Assembly (NCBI GenBank): GCA_965222605.1
Contig: OZ244960.1
Span: 1,408,001 to 1,472,000, forward strand
Origin: Candidatus Latescibacterota bacterium
GTDB taxonomy: Bacteria > Latescibacterota > UBA2968
Reading direction: 5' to 3'
Length of the DNA: 64,000 nucleotides
The notes under the pieces are model-generated. The model searched no databases. It saw only the letters and a program-made list of their open reading frames with translations, and had not been told where the DNA came from. Positions 1-8,244 of this stretch are shown one piece after another. How positions within the stretch are numbered: the first letter of the stretch is position 1; each line of letters starts with the position of its first letter. A program made the translations under genes and the position numbers.

Positions 1-1
1 G

Positions 2-748
2 CCAGGCCACGGTTCTCGTCCCCACCGCGACAATGCAGTCGTCAAACTCAGCCGCGCAATTGCTGCTTTGGGACAGGCAAAACTGCCAATACATTCCTCT
101 AAAACACTGCGCGCGTTCTTAGAAGGCATTGCAGCGACACAGGACGATGAGACCGCACAACAATTGCGCCGAGTACTCGATGCAAAGCACAGTGAGAACG
201 CATTGCAACAACTGCCCCTCGCGCCAGATATGATCGCCTCACTGCGCGCCCTATTGCACAATACGGTTTCACCAACTATTTTGGAAGCGGGCAGCAAAAT
301 CAATGTCATACCCGCCGAAGCAACTGCGCGGATTGATGGCCGGCTCGCGCCCGGTCAGACCAATAAGAGCTTTGAAGCCGAAATCCGATCCTGCATTGGC
401 AATGAAATTGAACTCATCACAGATCAATACAGCCCCCCTTTAGAGGCGAGTACAAATTCGCCCCTGTACGAGACCATCGTTCAGATAATGGCAGAACGCG
501 ATCCAGACGCCACCGTAGTCCCCGCACTGATGACCGGAGGTACAGATGCCAAACATATTTGCCCGCGCTGGCCCGACGTGCAGGTTTACGGATTTATGCC
601 CCACCGGCAAGCGCTGGGAGAAGAAGAAATGGATTTGATACACGGACATGACGAGCGCATCTCAGTAGAAAATCTCGTATTTGCAACGCGCATTTTGTAC
701 GATATTGTAACGCGCTTTTGCGGGAGCTCAACAGGAGATAAGGCGTGA
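2..748 (+). CDS. M20/M25/M40 family metallopeptidase (5'-truncated by window edge)
   Basis: Frame is open from position 2 (PGHGSRPHRDNAV); contains KINVIPAEATA, GGTDAKH and IHGHDERIS, typical of M20 peptidases. Confidence 0.88.
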   Translation, partial: PGHGSRPHRDNAVVKLSRAIAALGQAKLPIHSSKTLRAFLEGIAATQDDETAQQLRRVLDAKHSENALQQLPLAPDMIASLRALLHNTVSPTILEAGSKINVIPAEATARIDGRLAPGQTNKSFEAEIRSCIGNEIELITDQYSPPLEASTNSPLYETIVQIMAERDPDATVVPALMTGGTDAKHICPRWPDVQVYGFMPHRQALGEEEMDLIHGHDERISVENLVFATRILYDIVTRFCGSSTGDKA

Positions 749-1713
749 AAATTCTGGTGACGGATTATGCATGGGCAAATCTGGACGTAGAAAAAAGTGT
801 TTTGAATGAAATCGGTGCCGAACTCGTTCCCGCACCCGATGACAGTGAAGAAACACTTGTCCGTCTGGCGCAGGGATGTTGTGGTATCATGACATGCTGG
901 GCGCAAACCACGCGCGCAGTTATCGCATCCGCATTGCCCGATTTAAAAGTAATCGTGCGATACGGTGTGGGATTGGACAATATCGATGTGTCTTATGCAA
1001 CAGAGCGAGGTATTCCCGTAGCCAATGTGCCCGATTATTGTTTTATCGACGTAGCCGAGCAAACCATGGCCCTGCTATTGGGGCTTTCGCACAAAGTCGC
1101 GCAATTTGATCGGCTAATTCGCGGCGGCACATGGGATATCCAGGCGGGCTTGCCCCTGCGGCGTTTGACAGGGCAGGTACTCGGCCTGATCGGATTTGGG
1201 CAAATTGCGCGCGAAGTCGTTCCCCGTGCACGGGCTTTTGGGCTACATGTGTTGGCCTACTCGCGGACTTTGACACCAGAACAAGCGCGCATCTGTGGCG
1301 TCGAATCCGCGGATTTGGACACCCTGCTTCGCACATCGGATTTTGTATCGCTTCACTGTCCATCTACCGATGAAACGCGAGGCCTGATCAATGCCGATAA
1401 TCTGGGAAAAATGAAGCCAACAGCGTGTTTGATCAACACATCGCGGGGCGACATTGTCGATGAGGCAGCCTTGCTCGCGGCATTAAAAAATAAAACCCTT
1501 GCAGGCGCTGCCCTCGACGTGCGATGCCAGGAGCCGCCCAAAGCAGAGGATCGTTTAATCCAAATAGATCGGGTAATTCACAGCCCACATTCGGCTTTTT
1601 ATTCGGAAGAGTCGCTCATTGAATTGGAAAAAAAAGCCGCCTGGGAAGCGCGGCGAGTCCTGACGGGAAAAGCACCCGTGCATCTGGTCAACCCGGAATA
1701 CGAGAATCCGTAA
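745..1713 (+). CDS. D-isomer specific 2-hydroxyacid dehydrogenase (SerA/CtBP-like)
   Basis: RYGVGLDNID, GLIGFGQIA Rossmann motif, LINTSRG, SPHSAFYS. Confidence 0.92.
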   Translation: MKILVTDYAWANLDVEKSVLNEIGAELVPAPDDSEETLVRLAQGCCGIMTCWAQTTRAVIASALPDLKVIVRYGVGLDNIDVSYATERGIPVANVPDYCFIDVAEQTMALLLGLSHKVAQFDRLIRGGTWDIQAGLPLRRLTGQVLGLIGFGQIAREVVPRARAFGLHVLAYSRTLTPEQARICGVESADLDTLLRTSDFVSLHCPSTDETRGLINADNLGKMKPTACLINTSRGDIVDEAALLAALKNKTLAGAALDVRCQEPPKAEDRLIQIDRVIHSPHSAFYSEESLIELEKKAAWEARRVLTGKAPVHLVNPEYENP

Positions 1714-1729
1714 CCAAAGGAGTATCAGT

Positions 1730-2722
1730 GTGAACAAACCAAAAGTCGGTATTGTGGTTCGAAAATCACTCAGAGAAAGAATTTTGAGTGATTGGGATTT
1801 GGAAATCTTGGAAAATTTTGCAGATGTGACAATCAATGATGAAGACCGCGATATAGTAGATGAAGAAGCGGCTGAATTTTTACAGGGCATGGACGGGGCG
1901 ATGACGAGTTGGAACTCCGGAGACTTGACACCTGCGATTCTGGAAGGCGTGCCAACGCTGAAGATATGGGCTTATGGCGCGGGCACCGTAAAGGGAAAAA
2001 TCTGCGATGAGGCGTGGGAAAAAGATATTGTAGTAACAAGTGCCGCGCCCGCAATTGCCGATGATGTCGCGGAAATGACTCTGGGATTCATGACCATGGG
2101 ATTGCGCCGGGTATTTTCTCATTCACGCGCCATGCGGGAAGGTGAGAGAAGGCCGGACAAGACCGAATCGCGCTCGCTGTATCGGCGCACAATCGGCGTC
2201 ATTAGTGCCAGCCAGGTCGGGCAGCGCGTGATGCGGTTGTTGCAACCCTATCAGACGCGCATATTGCTCTACGATCCCTTTGTAACGCCAGAGCGAGCGA
2301 GCGAGGAATTTGGCGCGGAACTCGCGGATTTGGAGACAATAGCACGCGAAGCAGAGGTCGTAACCGTTCACGCACCAAAATTAGATGCGACATATCACCT
2401 CTGGAATGAGACGCATTTTAAACTCATGCGCGACGATTGCGTATTTATCAATACATCACGCGGTCCCAATATCGACGAAGCCGCGCTAATCGCAGAATTG
2501 CAAAAAGGGCGATTCTCCGCCTTTTTGGACGTGACCGATCCCGAACCACCTGCTATGGACAGCCCACTGCGCCGTTTGCCCAATGTGATCTTAACGCCGC
2601 ATTGTGCCGGGCTACAATCCTATCGCATCGGCGCACTGGTAGTCGAAGAATTGCGCCGATTTTTTGCGAGCGAAGATCAACTGTTTCAGGTCAAACGAGA
2701 AATGCTGGATCGTCTGGCATAA
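1730..2722 (+). CDS. D-isomer specific 2-hydroxyacid dehydrogenase
   Basis: FINTSRG, FLDVTDPEP and ILTPHCAG motifs; RBS AAGGAG upstream. Confidence 0.9.
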   Translation: MNKPKVGIVVRKSLRERILSDWDLEILENFADVTINDEDRDIVDEEAAEFLQGMDGAMTSWNSGDLTPAILEGVPTLKIWAYGAGTVKGKICDEAWEKDIVVTSAAPAIADDVAEMTLGFMTMGLRRVFSHSRAMREGERRPDKTESRSLYRRTIGVISASQVGQRVMRLLQPYQTRILLYDPFVTPERASEEFGAELADLETIAREAEVVTVHAPKLDATYHLWNETHFKLMRDDCVFINTSRGPNIDEAALIAELQKGRFSAFLDVTDPEPPAMDSPLRRLPNVILTPHCAGLQSYRIGALVVEELRRFFASEDQLFQVKREMLDRLA

Positions 2723-2743
2723 AAAAGGACGCGGGGGATTTTA

Positions 2744-3232
2744 ATGCAAAAACGCGTAGATTATTTATCGTGGGATGAGTACTTTATGGGTGTGGCTTTG
2801 CTATCGGCGCACCGAAGCAAAGACCCCAATACACAGGTAGGCGCGTGTATTATCAATGAAAAAAAGAAAATTGTGGGCATTGGATACAACGGATTGCCCA
2901 TTGGATGTTCGGACGATGATTTTCCCTGGGGTAGAGAAGGCGACTTTCTCGATACAAAATATCCCTATATCTGCCATGCAGAATTGAATGCGATTTTGAA
3001 CAAAATCAGCGCAGACTTACATGAATGCACGCTTTACGTCACCTTATTTCCGTGCAATGAATGTGCAAAAGTGATTATTCAGTCGGGCATTCGCGAAGTG
3101 ATCTATCTGGCAAATAAATACCCAAATTCCAATTCCGTAAAAGCCACTTGCCGCATGTTTAATAGTGCGGGTATTCGCTATCGCGCGCTGGAGGAATACC
3201 GAGAGCGCGTTGTCCTTGATTTCAGGATCTGA
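2744..3232 (+). CDS. dCMP deaminase (ComEB family)
   Basis: SWDEYFM, SKDPNTQVGA, HAELNAI and PCNEC zinc motifs. Confidence 0.95.
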   Translation: MQKRVDYLSWDEYFMGVALLSAHRSKDPNTQVGACIINEKKKIVGIGYNGLPIGCSDDDFPWGREGDFLDTKYPYICHAELNAILNKISADLHECTLYVTLFPCNECAKVIIQSGIREVIYLANKYPNSNSVKATCRMFNSAGIRYRALEEYRERVVLDFRI

Positions 3233-3239
3233 GGCAGTC

Positions 3240-4277
3240 ATGGCATCTCTGGTACTTCAAGATAGCATGGACACGAAGGCATTGCCCAACGCGACCGATT
3301 TGAAGCGCGCGCTCGTGGATATTTTATACCGCAGGCATTTTGGGGCATTGCTAATTTTTGGCATTGATTCCCTCAATCGGGCACACGGGAACAATGGGGA
3401 TCAGGTGCTTAAAGTGCTAAAGTCTATGGCAGAATTTATTCCCACCCCCAATAGATTTCGCATAGCGGATGACAAAATCGCCGTGCTTTTTGATGCTGAT
3501 GATGCGCGTGTGCATGAAATCCCATCATCCCTGCCTGTCGTGATTGCCGACCAAACAGGACACCGCGTATCTTGCGGTGGTGTTAAAATCTCGAGCGAGG
3601 ATTATGGCCTGCATCCCCAAATGTCCGATATGATCTTTTCCACTGCCCAATGCGTACTCGCTCGGGCGCAACAACACGCAATCCCGCATGTGGTCTGGTT
3701 GACCGAGAAATCCGCAGATGATATATTATATCTAACAGATATTTCCCTGAACTTTTTTCGAAAAATTGCGCGTATCAATGCCGCGCTGGTACAGAGAATG
3801 ACATTGGAATCGCGCACAGATTTTTTGACTGGTCTTTACAATCGGCGCGGTTTTGAAGTGGTATTTACACGTATGGTGCGACGCGCAATTCGCAATGGAA
3901 ACCCCCTCGCGCTCTATTACATAGACTCCGATTCGCTCAAAGCGATTAACGACAGCAAAGGACACGATGCGGGCGACCGATTCATTGTAGATTTGGCGCA
4001 AGTATTAAATGACATGCTGCGCGCATCGGATTTGTTATCGCGGTGGGCGGGAGATGAATTTGCTGCGGTGGTTGAAAATACGTCGAGAGCGCGTGCTTAT
4101 GCGATAGCCCGCCGTTTGAACCGAGCCGTTGATGAGCGCACTGAAGGCACGATATCCATTGGGGTTTATCACGGCGTACCCGAATCAACAGAAGACGCAC
4201 TCAGAAAAGCAGATGCCGCCCTGTACCGCGCAAAAAACCGCGGAAAAAATGATATTGAATTGGCTGACCCGGTTTAG
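3240..4277 (+). CDS. diguanylate cyclase (AGDEF variant) with a degenerate N-terminal GGDEF-like domain
   Basis: TDFLTGLYNRR, INDSKGHDAGD, RWAGDEF, KADAALYRAK; start placed at ATG 3240 after GAGG. Confidence 0.85.
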   Translation: MASLVLQDSMDTKALPNATDLKRALVDILYRRHFGALLIFGIDSLNRAHGNNGDQVLKVLKSMAEFIPTPNRFRIADDKIAVLFDADDARVHEIPSSLPVVIADQTGHRVSCGGVKISSEDYGLHPQMSDMIFSTAQCVLARAQQHAIPHVVWLTEKSADDILYLTDISLNFFRKIARINAALVQRMTLESRTDFLTGLYNRRGFEVVFTRMVRRAIRNGNPLALYYIDSDSLKAINDSKGHDAGDRFIVDLAQVLNDMLRASDLLSRWAGDEFAAVVENTSRARAYAIARRLNRAVDERTEGTISIGVYHGVPESTEDALRKADAALYRAKNRGKNDIELADPV

Positions 4278-4356
4278 AAACCCGAAATGGGTTTGCATTG
4301 TCTTATTAAAGATTATGAGAGGAACCCGCCCATTTGCAAATGTATCCTAAAATATG

Positions 4357-4383
4357 TAGGGGCGGTGTCCCCGTGCCCGCCCG
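4357..4383 (+). repeat. REP-like palindrome
   Basis: GTAGGGGCGGTGTCCCCGTGCCCGCCC: GTAG head followed by an imperfect GGGCGG...CCGCCC palindrome, intergenic. Confidence 0.5.
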
Positions 4384-4404
4384 CTCATTTTAAGGAGAAG
4401 TATC

Positions 4405-4947
4405 ATGCCCAAAAAGAAAGGCTATGGATTAAATAAATACCAGAAAAAAGCAAAGAAGGCAGGCGAACTTCGGTTGCGGCGGAAAGATATTCCGCACTAT
4501 CTCGCGCTGGCAGAAAGCGACAACCCGGCAGACCGACACGAGGCCGCTGCCAATTTGTGTCCATGCCATGTGCGGCATCCCGTTCCCGAAATACAGACCG
4601 CGCTATTCAGACTCATGGAAGACTCCGATTCAAACGTGCGCGCCCGCGCCTGGCACACGCTGGAAGATGGCGGCGTACCCGACGACCCGAAAATGGATGA
4701 AATTTTTGAACGCGCCCGTCAAAATGAAACCGATAAGACAGTGCTGAACTTTATGCGGCAGGTGCAAAACGAAAATTACGCGCACAAAGAACGCACCATG
4801 CTCAAAGTCGCAGCCCAATCGGAATACAATCAGACTGGCCGATGCGATTTTTGCGGTGCAACCGGCAGGGTAAAAACGGACTTTGACACCGAAATACCCG
4901 ACGGTGGGCAGATGCGTTTTGCATTGGTATGTGAAGACTGTGGGTGA
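4405..4947 (+). CDS. HEAT-repeat protein with CPCH motif and C-terminal CxxC...CxxC zinc ribbon
   Basis: RBS AAGGAG; DSDSNVRARAWHTL HEAT-like helix pair; CDFCG...VCEDCG. Confidence 0.7.
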   Translation: MPKKKGYGLNKYQKKAKKAGELRLRRKDIPHYLALAESDNPADRHEAAANLCPCHVRHPVPEIQTALFRLMEDSDSNVRARAWHTLEDGGVPDDPKMDEIFERARQNETDKTVLNFMRQVQNENYAHKERTMLKVAAQSEYNQTGRCDFCGATGRVKTDFDTEIPDGGQMRFALVCEDCG

Positions 4948-5100
4948 CTACTCCCAACGATAGAGCAGTTGGGCTTCTTGGCGTTTAGGTCGCCTGACGT
5001 TGTAGCCCCAACGTCAAAATGTTTATGGCAGCATTGAGGTCTCTGTCTGCGGTATAGCCACACGCCTTGCAATTGTGTACACGCTGAGAGAGTGCTTTTT
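4944..5100 (-). ncRNA. predicted TnpB omegaRNA (reRNA) scaffold; guide would be the flank at about 4943-4926
   Basis: By established TnpB biology the RNA overlaps the tnpB 3' end and right end. Hairpins visible: GACGTTG-gggcta-CAACGTC and CCCAAC...GTTGGG. The 5' boundary is a guess. Confidence 0.6.
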
Positions 5101-6109
5101 TCTCTCTATGTCCGCATGCCGAGCAATCTTGTGAGGTGTATTCAGGATTGACGGCCTTGAATCCAATACCAGCCTCTTCCGCTTTGTATTCGAGACAGTG
5201 CCGAAACAGTGACCATGCTACGTCTGCTATTGATTTAGACAATCGCCTGTTCTTTTGCATCTTTTTAACTTTCAATTTCTCGACGGCTATGAAGCTGTGA
5301 CGAGTGACCATTTTTCTTGATTCTTGATGGGCAAAGTTATGTCGCTTATTACGGATACGCTCATGCACTCTGGCAATGACTTTACGACGCTTTTCTCTTA
5401 CGGCGTCGGTCTTAGGTCTTTTTTTTACCGCGTCCCATTTGCGCTGTGCTTTGGCAAGCGTTTTTTGCTCTTTTCTAAAGAATCGCTGGTTGGCTATCTT
5501 CTGTCCGTCACTGGTTACAGCAAAGGAATTGAGACCCACGTCAATGCCAACGGCAGAGCCAGCGTCTGCTTTCTTACTTATGTCGCCTATATCGCAAGAG
5601 ATAGTAGCGAACCACTTGCCCGTGGCTGTGCGCGTGACGGTGCAAGACTTAGGCATACCCTCAAGTGGCCTGTGCTGGACAATGCGAATACAGCCTATTT
5701 TGCCTAATCGCAAGCCCTTATCGTCCAATCGGCATCCATTGGAAAACTGAGGATAGGTGATAGAATCATAGCGATTTTGATCCTTGTATCTGGGAAAGCC
5801 AGCTTTCTCGCCCGTCTTTGCACGCTCTTTGAGACGACGAAAGAATGCTTTGAATGCCAGATCAACTCTTGTTGATACTTGTTGCAATACCTGACTATAT
5901 ACTTGCTTGAATGCAAGACGCTGTTGCTTCATCAATGGTATGGTTTTGGTCTGTTCATAACGAGACAAACTTTCTTTATTCTTTTGCCATGCTTGGACTC
6001 TCGCACAGACAAGCTGGTTATATAGCAAGCGACATTCTTCAATATGTGCCAGCAAGATTTTCTCTTGCTTTTTCGTTGGTCGCAGTCTGTATTTGAAGGA
6101 CTTAAGCAT
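4985..6109 (-). CDS. tnpB: RNA-guided endonuclease TnpB
   Basis: N-terminal KSFKYRLRPT; RuvC I GIDVG, RuvC II AVEKL, Zn finger CSACG...CKACG, RuvC III DRDLNAAINI; all catalytic residues intact. Confidence 0.97.
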   Translation of the reverse strand: MLKSFKYRLRPTKKQEKILLAHIEECRLLYNQLVCARVQAWQKNKESLSRYEQTKTIPLMKQQRLAFKQVYSQVLQQVSTRVDLAFKAFFRRLKERAKTGEKAGFPRYKDQNRYDSITYPQFSNGCRLDDKGLRLGKIGCIRIVQHRPLEGMPKSCTVTRTATGKWFATISCDIGDISKKADAGSAVGIDVGLNSFAVTSDGQKIANQRFFRKEQKTLAKAQRKWDAVKKRPKTDAVREKRRKVIARVHERIRNKRHNFAHQESRKMVTRHSFIAVEKLKVKKMQKNRRLSKSIADVAWSLFRHCLEYKAEEAGIGFKAVNPEYTSQDCSACGHREKKALSQRVHNCKACGYTADRDLNAAINILTLGLQRQAT

Positions 6110-6115
6110 AATAAA

Positions 6116-6144
6116 AATATATACTTATGAGCGTATTTTGTCAA
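6116..6144 (-). promoter_or_regulatory. sigma70 promoter of tnpB (probably leaderless mRNA)
   Basis: TTGACA-17 nt-TATATT, followed 6 nt later by the ATG; no Shine-Dalgarno sequence. Confidence 0.65.
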
Positions 6145-6377
6145 GCTATTTTTCGTAGAATTAACGGATGAATCACAATGATGAAGTGCTGGCGCAGTTG
6201 TACACCGCTCCACCGCCCATATCGCCTTGAGCGATATGCCCAATGCTAAAGCACCACACCATAAGCATGTCCCTGCGAAAGCAGGGAGCCAGAAGCCCTT
6301 CGCCATGCGACCCACACCTGAAGGATGTGGGTCTTACGGGCTGTTTGATAAGACGTGAAACGTGAGAGGATTTTTTT

Positions 6378-6632
6378 ATGCTCGAAGAAAAATCAGAGAT
6401 TGAGTATCCGTGTTTATGGAATTTTAAGATCATTGGCCGCGAAGAAAAACACATGCGCAGGGCAATTGCCGAAATTGTGGGCGACGGCGATTATACCCTG
6501 ACCTTTTCAAATCAAAGCAGGCACGGAAAGTATCGCAGCTTAAACCTGGATATGGTCGTCCTCGACGAATCCCACCGCCTCAATATCTTTGAGGCACTCA
6601 GACACCATAGCAGTATTCAAATTGTGCTGTAA
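6378..6632 (+). CDS. DUF493/YbeD (HP0495) family protein
   Basis: IEYPCLWNFKIIG, SRHGKYRSLNL; 84 aa. Confidence 0.88.
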   Translation: MLEEKSEIEYPCLWNFKIIGREEKHMRRAIAEIVGDGDYTLTFSNQSRHGKYRSLNLDMVVLDESHRLNIFEALRHHSSIQIVL

Positions 6633-6657
6633 ATCCGCTATTTCTTCCTATTTTATC

Positions 6658-6790
6658 TTGACAATCCACCCTATTTCTTGCACTATTTACAGCTTGCAAT
6701 CTTTGCTTATTACGGTGCTGTTGTAGTGGAATTAAACAACCACTACGATTGAGGAAAAGCCCTCACACGTTGGGACTTCTGTGTGGTAAC
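6658..6790 (+). promoter_or_regulatory. promoter plus structured 5' leader of oadGBA; candidate Na+-responsive riboswitch
   Basis: TTGACA(6658)-17-CACTAT; stems GTAGTGG/CCACTAC, TGAGG/CCTCA and CACACG/TGTGTG before a Na+-pump operon. Confidence 0.45.
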
Positions 6791-6792
6791 CT

Positions 6793-7068
6793 ATGTACAA
6801 TTTTAACTTTAACGTGCAAAATATTGAAGATGGTCAGGGCTTGGGCATTGCGCTGACCGGAATGATCATTGTATTCTGCGTTTTGACATTGATCAGCGTA
6901 TTTATTGTATTATTGCCCAAAATATTAGCTGTTGTAGCAAAGAAATTTCCCGAATCTGCAGGACATCATGGTATGCCTGTACAGGATGAAGACGACGGCT
7001 CTGCACTGGCCGCAATCGGTTTTGTCATGCACATGAGGCGCAGTACCGAAATCAAACAGAAAGTTTAG
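6793..7068 (+). CDS. oadG: Na+-transporting decarboxylase gamma subunit
   Basis: Single N-terminal TM helix GMIIVFCVLTLI, C-terminal LAAIG; first gene of the oad operon. Confidence 0.85.
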   Translation: MYNFNFNVQNIEDGQGLGIALTGMIIVFCVLTLISVFIVLLPKILAVVAKKFPESAGHHGMPVQDEDDGSALAAIGFVMHMRRSTEIKQKV

Positions 7069-7085
7069 AACAGTTTCCCAGGTAT

Positions 7086-8216
7086 TTGATGGATATATTT
7101 TACGATTTTTTGAATACGACTGGATTTGCCAACTTGAGTTGGGGCAATGTCATTATGATCGCGATCGGCATTGTGTTTATCCACCTGGCGATCACCAGAG
7201 ATTACGAACCCCTGTTGTTGCTGCCAATTGGTTTTGGCATGATCGTGGGAAATATCCCTGCTATTCCGAGCATGGCCCTCGGCGTTTACGATGAGGGCAG
7301 TGTCTTGCGCTATATTTACTTCGGCGTGACATCGGGCCTGTTCCCGCCGCTAATCTTTTTGGGAATTGGCGCAATGACCGATTTCTCAACGCTACTATCC
7401 AATCCCAAACTGGTATTGTTAGGTGCTGCGGCGCAAATGGGAATATTCCTGACCCTGATCGGTGCGCTATATTTGGGCTTTTCACCTGCAGAATCCGGAG
7501 CCATTGGGATCATTGGTGGGGCTGATGGACCGACGGCAATTTTCTTATCGGCCAAATTGGCTCCTCATCTTTTGGGAGCCATCGCCATTGCCGCGTATTC
7601 GTACATGGCACTCGTGCCAGTGATTCAGCCGCCGATTATGAAGCTATTGACCTCAAAACGCGAGCGACTGATTCGCATGCCCGAACCGCGCAAACCCTCC
7701 AAGCGCGAACGCATCATTTTTCCTATAGCTGGCTTCTTAATTGCAACCTTAATTGCACCGGGCGCATTGACCCTACTGGGCATGTTATTTTTTGGCAACT
7801 TGTTAAAAGAGAGCATGGTCACAGACCGATTGGCAGAGTCCGCACGCACGGCAATGGTCGATATCGTGACAATCTTGCTCGGTTTCTCCGTGGGCGCCAG
7901 CACAGAGGCACAGACATTTTTGACCCCTGATTCGCTTTTGATTTTTGGCCTGGGCGCGCTATCTTTTGCAGTGGCTACGGCAAGTGGCGTCCTATTTGCA
8001 AAATTGATGAATCTGTTGACAAAAGAAAAAATTAATCCCCTAATAGGTGCCGCAGGCGTATCGGCAGTACCCGATTCTGCGCGCGTCGTGCAGATGGTGG
8101 GGCAACAAGAAGATGCACATAATTTTTTGTTAATGCACGCCATGGCACCCAATGTGGCCGGCGTGATCGGCTCAGCTGTTGCCGCGGGAATTTTGTGGTC
8201 GGTGCTGGTTCATTAA
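7086..8216 (+). CDS. oadB: Na+-transporting decarboxylase beta subunit
   Basis: YEPLLLLPIGFG, GIIGGADGPTAIF, AAYSYMALVP, HAMAPNVAGVIGS. Confidence 0.97.
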   Translation: MMDIFYDFLNTTGFANLSWGNVIMIAIGIVFIHLAITRDYEPLLLLPIGFGMIVGNIPAIPSMALGVYDEGSVLRYIYFGVTSGLFPPLIFLGIGAMTDFSTLLSNPKLVLLGAAAQMGIFLTLIGALYLGFSPAESGAIGIIGGADGPTAIFLSAKLAPHLLGAIAIAAYSYMALVPVIQPPIMKLLTSKRERLIRMPEPRKPSKRERIIFPIAGFLIATLIAPGALTLLGMLFFGNLLKESMVTDRLAESARTAMVDIVTILLGFSVGASTEAQTFLTPDSLLIFGLGALSFAVATASGVLFAKLMNLLTKEKINPLIGAAGVSAVPDSARVVQMVGQQEDAHNFLLMHAMAPNVAGVIGSAVAAGILWSVLVH

Positions 8217-8244
8217 GTTCAGCATTTGTTGAAGGATTATAAAT

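Larger units (their letters stand above)
4944..6347 (-). mobile_element. IS200/IS605-family (IS1341-like, TnpB-only) insertion sequence
   Basis: On the minus strand the left end reads TTAT|CAAACAGCCCGTAAGACCCACATCCTTCAGGTGTGGG (subterminal hairpin) and the right end GAAGCCCAACTGCTCTATCGTTGGGAGTAGTCAC| (hairpin, ends TCAC); contains tnpB but no tnpA; left end repeated at 40881-41078. Confidence 0.85.

Noticed and set aside
6170-6265. Degenerate tnpA remnant in the IS left end (AGAV/GAVYNC-like snippets)
   Set aside because: Similar weak matches appear on both strands and need several indels; no HUH motif, so it cannot be supported
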